A stretch of DNA of 63,206 nt, filler included, from Diploschistes diacapsis (lineage: Eukaryota), in the NCBI GenBank assembly GCA_023645945.1. It is 15 parts of 15 records of this genome, joined end to end, with 100 filler letters (N's around TTAATTAATTAA, not from the genome) between each part and the next. Parts side by side here need not be neighbours in the genome. Positions count along the whole stretch, not along the records: positions 47,117 to 49,720 come from JALAIB010002143.1; positions 49,821 to 52,424 come from JALAIB010002144.1; positions 52,525 to 55,126 come from JALAIB010002145.1; positions 55,227 to 57,823 come from JALAIB010002146.1; positions 57,924 to 60,519 come from JALAIB010002147.1; 10 more parts are not named here. The stretch is one strand, 5' to 3'. The notes below the pieces were generated by a model. That model made no database searches. It had not been told where the DNA came from and saw only the letters and a list, made by a program, of their open reading frames with translations. Both the position numbers and the translations under genes were made by a program. Shown here one piece after another: positions 49,257 to 60,619 of the stretch. Positions within the stretch are counted from its first letter, which is position 1, and every line of letters begins with the position of its first letter.

Positions 49257-51580
49257 CGTGGGTGGGCTTTAGGTCATAGTACCGGACTATTTCAATGACA
49301 TATGGAGAATGTAATGGACCAAGATAGAGAGTGATTGCGTAGAAGCAGAAAATTTGAATAGGTTGAGGCATCTTGATATGTAAACTATGAGACATACGAT
49401 ACACACTATACAAAGACCGAATGCGAATTATAGTAACCGATTCTATTTTAAGACATTGATTCTATATGAGTTCACATGCGTTCCACGAGAAAGAAGACCA
49501 CAAGGAATAAAAGTTTCCAAAGTATTGACAATACCAAAACCCGGTGACTAGGACCATCAACCTAGCGTGAGTCCTCCATAAAGAGGAAGCTCGAGTAAAC
49601 GGTTTGCTGTCCAAGCATCATCCTCCAGGAGAAACTCCTGCACACTCCACAGATTTCAGGAAATGACAACCTACCACTGCCCCTGCACAACCCTCCTCCT
49701 CTACCTCCCTCCCTTCTCCCNNNNNNNNNNNNNNNNNNNNNNNNNNNNNNNNNNNNNNNNNNNNTTAATTAATTAANNNNNNNNNNNNNNNNNNNNNNNN
49801 NNNNNNNNNNNNNNNNNNNNCTCACTGACCGACGGCGTCTTTGATGACGGATCCACAGACGTTGGAGTAAGTAAGCACATAAGCAGCAGATCATTTGAAA
49901 CGCAGCACGTACTGAGCGCCTTTTTTCATACAATATTTAGGATTCGGGATGCGGGATGCAGGATGCAGGATGTGAAGATGCTCACGAGCTTTTCAAGTTG
50001 TTGCTCTGCAAGGCTGAGTTACGGTAAGGTGCGAACGAACCCAACTACATTGTTCTTCTGCCGTCTCAGAGTTTCTAATCAGCGGTGGCTTGCCCAATGC
50101 CTGCCATGGGAGGGGTTTAATTTGATTGTTTATACAGCATCCTAGACTACAGATGGCAACCGGAAAGCGTCGGACAGTTTTCAAGTTTTAAAAATAAATA
50201 AAACAAAATGTCTTGCTTGCACAAGATTTGCCCAATTTGTGAAGCTTACTGGCGCGGGTGGAGCACGTTCCGAGTGGGGACCAGTCATATATAGATATAT
50301 CGTCGCCTTCTCAATGTGCTACCACACCTCGAAGAAGACGTCAAGACGGAGAGCAACCATCTGTCAGTTCGGGCCCAACGGCTGCTACTACTACTTGAGC
50401 GAAGCTAGAGACCACCACTCCAAGCTACCCTGCACAGATGCGTGACACCATGACGGTGACCATGTCCGGTCTGTATGCAAAGGCGATCTGCGGTTCCCCT
50501 TCGGAGCTTTGTACTAATTACCACCACATGACGACACGACACACCTATCCGTGTCGCCTTGTTGATCGCTCCTGTTGCGTATCCTTGTTGCGGCCAGTGG
50601 CTGCCGTGCCCGATGGACAGGGCCTTTGCTGGTTTTATTGCAGTTGCAGCGATCCAGCTAGTTGGTGGCTTTCCGTACGAAGTGCACCTGCTTGTGGGGT
50701 GGCGTGATGCATGATCCCAGCACGATCATGCAAGTGGCAAGGAGTTCGCTACACCGTCCAAAATTCAAAGTTCAAAATCCAAACGACATGCGCTCCGTAT
50801 GCAACAATACTACAACAATAGCGAAGAGAACATGTCGGAGGATTGCGCGACGAGCTGATTTTCCTTGTAGTGGCCACCCTTGTAAAACAAACCAAGCCGA
50901 GAATGTACCTGGTACGCGTGCGTGCCGAGCTGAGATGGGCGAGAGGCGAAAAGGCAGGCAGACGCTGCTGGTTGATGTGCCACTTGTGGGCGTGACTTCG
51001 TCCTTGGTGTAACTTCAGGCTGTAAGCCCTCCTTGGCCCTCTGCTCTTTGGTGATAAGTACACCAAAGCACTGGCCATGTGTCCCCTGCGGCCGTTGTCC
51101 CGCAGGAAGAAGGCTAAAAGGCCTCGATCCTGTCAAATCCCGAGGAAGCTATTAATTTCTGACGTGGTACATGGCAAAAGGCAAGACAACCTAGAATCAT
51201 ATCTAGATGCTTTGCTTTTTGCACTACTACGCAGACATCTTGTGTCGCGAACCAAGGGCTCGTAACGCTCCCGTCGGTGGTTGGGAAGGCGCATGACAGT
51301 GGACAGTGAATGCATGCATGAAGTAGATACGGGTGTCCAGAACAGGCAACACCTTGGTGAAAGGGGGATATTGGAGAGCTAAGCACGATCTTGCTTTTTT
51401 TTTATTTTTGCCCATCAAATCTGAACTCTGGAAGCGAGTAAATAAACTTTCGTTTTTTCGATAGCCGCACACGTGCAGATATTTGACCATCGATAACATC
51501 GATAACCTTGGTGGGTGGGCTATCGCTTCCGTTCGTGGCTGACGACGTCACAAATATGCTGTGCGAATGTAAGAGAGCGG

Positions 51581-51642
51581 ACACATACATACGTACATAC
51601 GTACGTACACACACACGCGCGCACACACACACGCGCGCACAC
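51581..51642. repeat. Compound microsatellite (ACAT/ACGT/AC/GC)
   Basis: acacatacatacgtacatacgtacgtacacacacacgcgcgcacacacacacgcgcgcacac. Confidence 0.85.
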
Positions 51643-52524
51643 AAGGTTTGTATTCATCGCATCAACGGACGCTTGGAAAGAAGGATGATTACCTGACGGG
51701 GGCAGATCACGTGCTATACAAGACTGAAGCTTAAATAATCAATCAGATCAGCCGAAGCCCGAACTCATTAGCGCCGGCACTACAGGTGTGTGACGGCCTG
51801 GAATTCAGAAATGTAAATGTATGCTGCCAGTGCTTGGTGCGGTTCAAAGGCGCTGGTCACGCCGCGTGGAGCGTGGTGGATGTGACGGTTGGTTGGTACA
51901 CAGTGGGGGCAGCTACTACTTACTACTGCGTACTTTGTCTCAGACTGCGAGCGCATATTCAGCCGGACATGGAGATAACATGCCACCAGAAACAAATGAT
52001 CTGGGCGGAGGAGGCCTTGAGGATCTCGAAGATATAAGGTCTCGAAACGTCCTTGATTTCTGAAGATTTCAAAAAGACCTCAGACATCGTCTTGGTGCAT
52101 TGCGCACCGGTCCTCTCACATTGCTAAGAGAGTGTTGCTGCAGAGTCCCGCTATGAACCATGAACCCGACTTGTTCATGAAGAAAACAATGCATTCCGTC
52201 TCTTGTGTAGCCGTTACTCAAAGATATCCGTGCTTGCGCACATAGGAGCAATGTAAGCTGACAAAAAATCCATCAACAGTGGCATAACATTCTGTTTGAA
52301 TGCGAAGCTAACTATCTCAACCTTGTTGACTGAAATTTTTGCGCTCGTGGAAAAATCCTCCAAAGGTTGTGGTGGGTGTGACCGTGTTGGGGTTGTTGCG
52401 CAGACCTTCCAGAAAGGGCGGGCANNNNNNNNNNNNNNNNNNNNNNNNNNNNNNNNNNNNNNNNNNNNTTAATTAATTAANNNNNNNNNNNNNNNNNNNN
52501 NNNNNNNNNNNNNNNNNNNNNNNN

Positions 52525-54097
52525 GCGACGGGGGAGACACGGGCGTAGTGGTTTGTGAGGAAGCGGGAGAGGGCGGGGAGGAGGAGGATCAGGAGGAGAA
52601 GTTTTGTTAGGGACTCGAGGGTCGGGAAGAGGGATGCCTGGTTGGTTTCGTGTTAGTGGTGTTGGCACGGAAAGCATGTTGAAAGCTCGGTGCGGATGGA
52701 AAGGGCCAAGCAAGGAAAAAGGAGAATGACGCACCTGCTCGATCTTCCAGTTGAACCGTTCGGACGCATACTGCAGGAGGAAAGTGACGGACGTCTGGCC
52801 GAATGAGGCGAAGAGGAAGAGAGGCAGCACGACGGCCAGCCCGCGGGACTCGGTGAATAGGTGCACCGCGTCGCGGGCTGCGTCTAGCACTTGCCTTGCT
52901 AGTCTATCCAGCAGCTTCCCTTTCTGAGCGGGAGCCTCGTCCTCGTCGGCCGTGGAGAAGGTCGCGGTATTGGACTTCCTGCTGCGGAATTCCCTGGGCA
53001 GCGTTTCGGGGAGAAAACACGTCAGGACTGACCCAACAGCGACAAAAGCACAGGAGATGCCGACGGCTAGCCAGGGGGTGGCACGCATGGTTACGGCTGC
53101 CAAGGGAAAGGCGACGAGGTTCGCGCCCTGCGTGGCGGCTGTTATCTGGAAGAAGACGGACGCTCTGCGGATGGCTTGTCAGCAGGCAGGGTTCCGTTTG
53201 TCGTGACCTTGACGAGCAAAAGAGGGGGTTGGATGCTGGGAAAGGAGGTGGCGGGGGGGACGGCCTACCTCTGCCCGGGTGCCACGGCATCCGCGATCAT
53301 TGTCGTGGCGACAGAAGTGAACACTGCGCCGCTGCCGCCAAAACACTGGAAGAGAGGGCCGATCAAGAGCAGATAGAGGGGGAAGACGTTGTAAAAGTAG
53401 GCTTCGCGATTAGCCTCCTGCAGCAAAAGTATGGCATTCGAAGATACATACACACCATAAGCAGCCAGGCCAGATCCATCAGATACCCAGCCAGCGCCAT
53501 CAACGCAACCGGCTTTCTACCAATCCTATCTGCCAGGATTCCGTATGGAATCGTAAGCACCAAGCCTGCAACCATGAAAGTATTAGCACGCGCCTCAAAT
53601 CCACCACTCAAGCGCATTTTCGGCTACCAGCAAAAGAAAGAGGGGCATCATTCACCCGGCAAAGATTCCATTAAACCCAACCACGCCCTCAGCTTCGCCA
53701 GCTCCAACTGAACGTGCGGAACCTTGCACAGCCCCTCCTCTACCTCCCGGTCCTTGCCTATCATGGTTGGATCATGCTCGCGATAGTAATCCCGGCAAAT
53801 GATACTCTCGTAGATGCGCTGCATTGGCGCGACGAGCATGCTGGCGCCGATATCGATGCAGATCGCGATAAACACGAGAAGAACGATAAAGAGGAGCTGC
53901 CGTCGCCGGTCTTGCGAGAGCGAGAGCATCGATACCGACAGCGAGGGGCGCCGACTACCCGGACGGGGGCGGCCGAGCAGAGACGCCTGCTCGTCGTGAG
54001 TGTCTGCCGGTGGATCGTCGCGGACAATGGCGCCGTAGCTGATCACGGGCTCCTTGAGGGCGGAGGCGGGGTCGTGGCTGGGGTTTGGGCCGGTCAT
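52525..54097 (-). CDS. MFS transporter (UstT/SLC46-like efflux pump), multi-exon, 3' truncated
   Basis: RIYESIICRDYY...CKVPHVQLELAKL, PYGILADRIGRKPV (MFS motif A), FGGSGAVF..MIADA, FLPETL, LLQYASERFNW. Confidence 0.88.
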
Positions 54098-55433
54098 GGT
54101 GAACGGTGACGGGCGTCGCTGGTGGTGGTCGGAGCACAACGTACAACGGCCGAGCCAGGAGGACGGGTAGCGGTGAGCGATTGGTGGGAGGATGTTCAAA
54201 CGGATGCAGAGCACTCGGGCTCTTTATAGTTTAATGAAGTGGTCGGATGAATACTTTTTGGCTGTAGCCATTGCGAAAGTGGACATGGCCATGGACGCGA
54301 TACATTCAACCGAGGCCAGTGATTACTCTGTTGGTGATTGCAAATCTCTCCGCAGTGCACCAAAAGAGTGTATACTCGCCGCCTCGCGGCCAGGACGTAT
54401 AGTGAAGTAAAGAAAGTAAGCTAGTCGGAAAGATGCCGGTGGTCTATTCAGTCAACTTCTGTATGTCAGCCACAAGCCATGGTTGGACGATTAATATAAT
54501 AAATTAGCCGGCAATTAATCGGACCGATTATTGATTTAATATTTATGCAATATTCTAAAACACCTCTTAATAAATATTTGTAATATTTTTATCCATTATT
54601 TACGAGATGTTTTAATCGATAAGCTATTCGGCCCGACTAATCACCGATTAATCGCTCCTAAATCTGTCCACACAGGGGTTCACAAGTTGCGTCGCCGTTG
54701 CTATCAGCTTGCGCGGCACGTACGCGCTGCGCTCGAAAGAAACGTCAGCGTTGTCCAATCAGACATTCGGACAGCGATGCTTGACGGTGATTATTCCTTG
54801 CTGAGGATACGCTCTTTTTGGATATGGGTTGGTGTACGGAACGGCAAGGCCACGAAGCATTCGAGATGCATGTTACTGACGAAAACGGACGAAGCTTGAA
54901 GAGCCATGCTTTTCAAAGAGTGTGCTATCACATCTATGTTGCTGCCTTTGTATCCCCAATACAGGACCTCCGGTGGAATATAAGAAAAACGGATGAGCAA
55001 TATCTCACTCGTTTAATAGCTTGTTGATGCAGCTAGAATACTATAGAGGAAGGGTGCTCCTGAACCATCTATCCCCATCAAGCATCCACGAGCCACCATC
55101 GCCGTCCCCCTACTCCCCCTCCAACCNNNNNNNNNNNNNNNNNNNNNNNNNNNNNNNNNNNNNNNNNNNNTTAATTAATTAANNNNNNNNNNNNNNNNNN
55201 NNNNNNNNNNNNNNNNNNNNNNNNNNTAATACGTGTTAACATTATTTTTAAATCTAATAGAACCGTATTCGTTTATTATATTTAAATTTTTCTCGCTTTT
55301 TTCTTTTATTACAATTATTTACGTAGGTTTTAAAACTCTTCCGCCGTCTTTCCGCTATTTTTTCGCCGTCGACGCTGCTCGTTATTGCTTTTAAAAACGG
55401 CCGTTATTTTTATAATAATAAATTCGATAAAAA

Positions 55434-57387
55434 TGTAGTAGCTATAGTGCTACTAGGGAGAGTCGCTTGTTATTGCTGGGCTCGCTTGTGCCTGCCCTCG
55501 CTAACGTCGCCTGTAACGCCATAAGACATAATGCCATTAAACATCCACCCGCTTAATAACTACAATAATAGCTATAAAGAGCTCGATAATAACCATAACT
55601 TTTAAAATACATCTTTACTTCACAAATCAATTTAAGTCAATACTAACAAATGATAATAACGAATTAAACGACCAATTCCTAAAGCAATCCTAGCTCCAAC
55701 AATTCCTGCACCCAGTTCATATACTAAACCAAAATTCGTAGCAAAGCTTCGGCCTTATAAAACTTCTTTCTTCCCCTTAATCTACAGTTACCAAAACTTA
55801 CTTTATACATTATTTTATTTTCCTTTCCTCTTTTTAACTAGATTATAATTAAGTTCTAATTACATATATCGACCTCGTCCTTAATCAACCTATAATTAAT
55901 TTAAAGCTAATTTTAATCTATTAATTATTAATTAGTGTTTAAGAAGGCATTTTTAATTAAAATTTCCTAAATCTGTTTATATTTAAAAAAAACGAGCATC
56001 GAATATAAATTACTTACCAATTTAAAGCGAGTTTTGATCGGAAAACAACTTTCTGGACCAATTATCTCGATAAGAAATCTCTATATCAGAATTATTAACC
56101 AAGAAATAGCGAAACAACTTCCTTCTAAAAACGTTATAATTATTATATTATACGTAAGCTAAAAACCAGTTCCGGAATTCAAAAAATTATCTACCTATCT
56201 TTTAATAAATCGTCCGCAACCACGAGCATCCTCCACTAATAACTAAAAGATAATAAGAGTTTAATCGAAGACATTCTATCGTCGGAAAGAAAGAACTCAA
56301 AAACAACATTCAACCCAAATCAATTAAAAAAAAGCGTCGACTAACGTTATTCCCGTTAAAATAAATAATAGACAAATCTCTTATCCAGATCGAAGTCAAG
56401 ACCTTTATTAAAAAATATTTAACACAAATACCTAACCTACTTCTTAATAATATTCCATCAAATAGACCCGAATCCGCTTATTATTAACGAGCTCGATCTC
56501 AACCTCCGGGCACTACCAACGAAGGATCTAAATTAAATCTACCGCATTTATAATCTCGATATACACCTCTAAATCAATCGAAAGAACCTATACTTACTTC
56601 GTTCTTAACGGCTATAAAAACTATAATTATATTCGATAAATAGCCATTTAAGATACTTACGATCGAAAAACAGTAAGATATAACGTCTATTTAAAAAGAC
56701 GACATCTTACGATCGCTAAAAAAGTAGATAAAAAAAACCTTTTAAAGAAAAATAAATAATTTATTAGACAATTACGAGCGTCGACGAAATCGACGATTAT
56801 AAAATTTATAAAAAGATCTTCCCGAAAACGATCCGCCTACGACTACAATAAAACATTAGTTTAATACTCGCACGGTCGGATACTTCGACCTAGACTAGAA
56901 TATTTTTATCGTCGAAGTCAAAAACAAGTATAACGTGTATCACGATCCCTACGTTTTTACCGAGAAACTTTAAGCAAAATTAATAATAGAAATTAACGAA
57001 TTCCTAATATAAAACCTAGATATTTACTTACTAGAAGCCGCGAATCGATGGTATACAAAAGAGATTAATAAGATTATAAAAATCGAACTTCGCGTTAACG
57101 ACGTCGAGATATGATACGATAGTCTAATTATTCGTTTTAAACAAAGTTTAAATAAAGCTTTATTTAATTTTAAGTCTTTACGATTTAAGATTCACGATAT
57201 ACGTGTTAATAAAAACCCTTTAAAATTCTTATTAAATTTCAAGCACTTAACGATACATGCCAGCATCTTTTATGACGAGAAAGCATAAGCATTAATAATC
57301 TATTAGTATTTAAATATATAATTACGTCGAGACATCAGATTATTAAGAAATAATAATGTTAATTAATTTAATCTTATAAACCTAGTT
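55434..57387 (+). mobile_element. Gypsy family-B 5' part: LTR 55434-55648, decayed PBS, degenerate gag
   Basis: TGTAGTAGC...ACTAACA followed by TGATAATAAC (mutated TGGTAGCAAC); VGYFDL...VYHDPYVFTEKL...NLDIYLLEAANRWYTKE gag-like. Confidence 0.75.
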
Positions 57388-57823
57388 GTTACGATCCAAG
57401 GTACTGTTCGGCAGTACTTGGCACGCAACAGCTAGTCGGGTACTTCCCAGCCATTCCTTATATATAGTCTAATTAGGGTGACACGGGTCACGTGATAAGT
57501 AAAAAGTCTTAAAAACTATTTTATTCAGTCGTAAATAGAAAAAAAGAACAATAATTCTATTTATTTATTTATTTATTTTATTAAAGGAACTGTTAGCTAT
57601 ATAAAAACGTCGCTATGGCCTTTATAAATCTAGAGCGTGTTTACTTTTATAAACATCTTAAGTTATTATTCGAGATCAATCTATATTCGTTATCTTTAGT
57701 ATTTTAAAGCCTTCTTTCCAGAAATAATCTAAGATCTATAATTATTCTATCTTTTTTTCCTGTTATATTCTTCTTTTAATAGAGATTAAACTTACCTTAA
57801 TTCTACTCGTGTATATCTTATAT
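57388..57823 (+). mobile_element. Gypsy family-A LTR (near complete; no PPT upstream)
   Basis: Starts TGTTACGATCCAAG; internal motifs shared with the other copies. Confidence 0.85.
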
Positions 57824-57923
57824 NNNNNNNNNNNNNNNNNNNNNNNNNNNNNNNNNNNNNNNNNNNNTTAATTAATTAANNNNNNNNNNNNNNNNNNNNN
57901 NNNNNNNNNNNNNNNNNNNNNNN

Positions 57924-58654
57924 GATAAAAACAATCGATAAAATCTTAAGAAACGTTAACATACTTTTTACTAATTTTAACACATTCTACGCACTTAATA
58001 GATTTTAAAGGCATCTTATAACAGTCTTTACTCAGTCGAAAACAACCTTAATAAAAAAAAGAATCAAAAAATCTAAATCGATAGATCTAATCGATTAAGC
58101 GATAATTACGAAGAATTAAAGAAGATATCGTTGTTTCACGACTTAGGATTCTTTTTTGTTTAATATTTATATTAGACCCTTCGGCGAATCATCGGGCCGA
58201 TAATATTGAAAAAAAAAGATAATATCACGATTTAAATAATTACTAAATAATCTACTTAACACGTCCCAGCTTTTTTATATATAGGCTAATCATGGTGACG
58301 CGGGTTACGTAATCGATAAACGACAATCGACAACCGTCTGGCAGCTGACATCTAACGGTTGTTAGATGGGCGACGCCAGCCGGCTGGTATCTAATATTTA
58401 ACGATATTAACTATATATAGGAACGTCGCCGCGATTTTCTTAAATCCGATATATTTATTTTTATAAACATCCTTAATTATTACTCGGATCAATTTATATT
58501 CGTTATCTCTATTATTAAAACCTTCTTTCCGGAGATAGTCTAGGACCTATAATTATTCTACCTTCTTTTCCTACTTACACTCCTCTTCTAAACGAGACCA
58601 AATTCACTTTGATCAATACCTCGTGTCTACCTTATAGAAATAGAAATCATAACA
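57924..58654 (+). mobile_element. Gypsy family-A 3' end: antisense six-Cys ORF relic, PPT, LTR 58223-58654
   Basis: Same layout as 61244-62341; LTR ends ATCATAACA. Confidence 0.85.
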
Positions 58655-59220
58655 TTCTAATGCGTTGAATGCTTGTTTCTTTAATAATTCTTTTTCTTGA
58701 ATAAGATAGTTAAGCTTAACATTTTATAACTTACGTTTATCGAAAGTAACTGAATAAAATAATCCGTTATTATTTTTCTGAAATAATTGATATCTTAAAG
58801 CCCATTCGGACGCATCCGTGTCTATTATAAACGATTCGCGTAATTTAAGTTATATTAATATTGATTTATTAGTTAAAACAGTTTTTAACGCTTTAAAAAC
58901 AGTCTGACATTAAATAGTCCAAATGATCGTTCGATATTTATTTATACGGGTCTAAGTATTTTCGGATTTAATTAAGTTTGATAAAGGCGATGCGATATTA
59001 GTAAATTTAGATACAAATCGACGGTAATAAGTGATTAATTTTAAAAATTGTCGTACTTTATGAACATTCGTAGGGACAGATTATTTTAAAATAGTATCGA
59101 TTTTGTTCTAAGCTGGTCTAATAACGCTATTTTTAACGATATGATTCACAAACTCGAGAAACTTTTTACCGATTTGACACTTCTTAGGATTTACGTATAA
59201 ATCGTTTCTTTTTAATTCTG
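58655..59220 (-). mobile_element. Degenerate gypsy RT/RNase H fragment
   Basis: LYVNPKKC..., VPTNVHKVRQFL..YYRRFV..IASPL, FIIDTDASEWAL, NYLIQEKELL. Confidence 0.88.
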
Positions 59221-60519
59221 TGTTATGATCTCTATCTCTACAAAGTAGACACGAGGTATTGATCAAGGTGGGTTTGGTCTCGTTTAGAAGAGGAGTGTAA
59301 GTAGGAAAAGAAGGTAGAGCAATTACAGGTCTTAGACTGTTTTTAGAAAGGAAGGTTTTCTAATAATAGAAGTAACGAATATAGATTGATTCCGAATAAT
59401 AATTATGGATGTCTATAAAAGTAAATATATTAAGATTTATAAAAGTTATGGCGACGTTTATATATATAGTTTAGAATAATAATTAATTGCCGATAATAAA
59501 GTTGTCGCGATAGCGTTGTTATTAATAAAAACCTACCCGAGCAGATCTGTTCCGATAAACATCTATTATCAGGTATCTATCAGTCACGTGACCCGCGTCA
59601 CCTTGGCTGGTTTATATATAAGAAAGCTGGGACGTGTTAAGTCTGGTACTTGGATCGTAATATTATTCCTTTTTTTCAGCATTATCGGCCCCATGATTCG
59701 CCGAAAGGTCTGATATAAATATTAAATAAAAAAGAATCCCAAGTCGTGGGACAACGATATCTTCTTTAATTTCCTGTAATCATAGATTTGCCGACCGAAT
59801 CTTTCGATTAAATAAAACCGTTGATTTCTTTTGCTTCTACTGTTCTGTTTCTTACAATTGTATTATTATGTCGTTCATTTTTTCCCGCTGCGAGAGATGC
59901 GTTCGTTTTAGACGGAAGAACTGCGTATCGATATCCTAGAAGGTTATAGACAGGATACGCGTTTAAACGGAATCTAGGTTAGAGGTAGAAGAGGAGAAAA
60001 GACGAAAGCTTTTTTTTTAGTTAGTAGAACACGAGGCCCGTATTGAGAGACTACGGAAGACTTTTAAGCTAACCGAAAAGAAATTTATAAAACAAGTAAA
60101 GTGTCTTGTTGATCAACTCGACGAAGAGGCGGAGGCGGTCGGTGACTTTAATAATAGTATGGTGCTTACGGGTAGCCCGCAAGATCTTTAGTTCTTAGCG
60201 GCTATGTCGCTATTTTAAATAAACTGGGAGTTAGGGGACGAGGTCCCTGTCCCGATAAGTTAGTTTTTATATTAGGTATACGTATGTTTCGTAAATTTTC
60301 TATCTTTAATCCTAATTGTTTTTAATAGTAAGTCCGTTAATGTCGTAGAATTTCGCTAATTTTATCTTATAGTGTTTTAGGTTTTTTTTAGGTTCTTATA
60401 TTATTTCCGATTTTGAGTAATCTTTCTATTAAATTAAGTATCTATCGTCTTTATAATATATTATTATTTCGACTTCGTATTCATTTTCGTTATTTAATTC
60501 GAAATAGAAGGTATCTTAT
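59221..60519 (-). mobile_element. Gypsy family-A 3' end (inverted): chromodomain relic, antisense ORF, PPT, LTR 59221-59662
   Basis: ENEYEVE..YLI..DY..EPKKNL chromodomain relic at ~60370-60490; LTR termini TATTACGATCC / GATCATAACA. Confidence 0.88.
59757..60263 (+). pseudogene. Retrotransposon-borne antisense ORF: Zn2Cys6-like motif plus coiled coil (stop-interrupted)
   Basis: C-x2-C-x5-C-x9-C-x2-C-x7-C at 59832-59924 (CFYCSVSYNCIIMSFIFSRCERCVRFRRKNC); single frame with internal TAG/TAA stops. Confidence 0.8.
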
Positions 60520-60619
60520 NNNNNNNNNNNNNNNNNNNNNNNNNNNNNNNNNNNNNNNNNNNNTTAATTAATTAANNNNNNNNNNNNNNNNNNNNNNNNN
60601 NNNNNNNNNNNNNNNNNNN

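Noticed and set aside
49821..52424. Many short overlapping ORFs
   Set aside because: No recognisable domain; looks like intergenic or regulatory DNA with a microsatellite.
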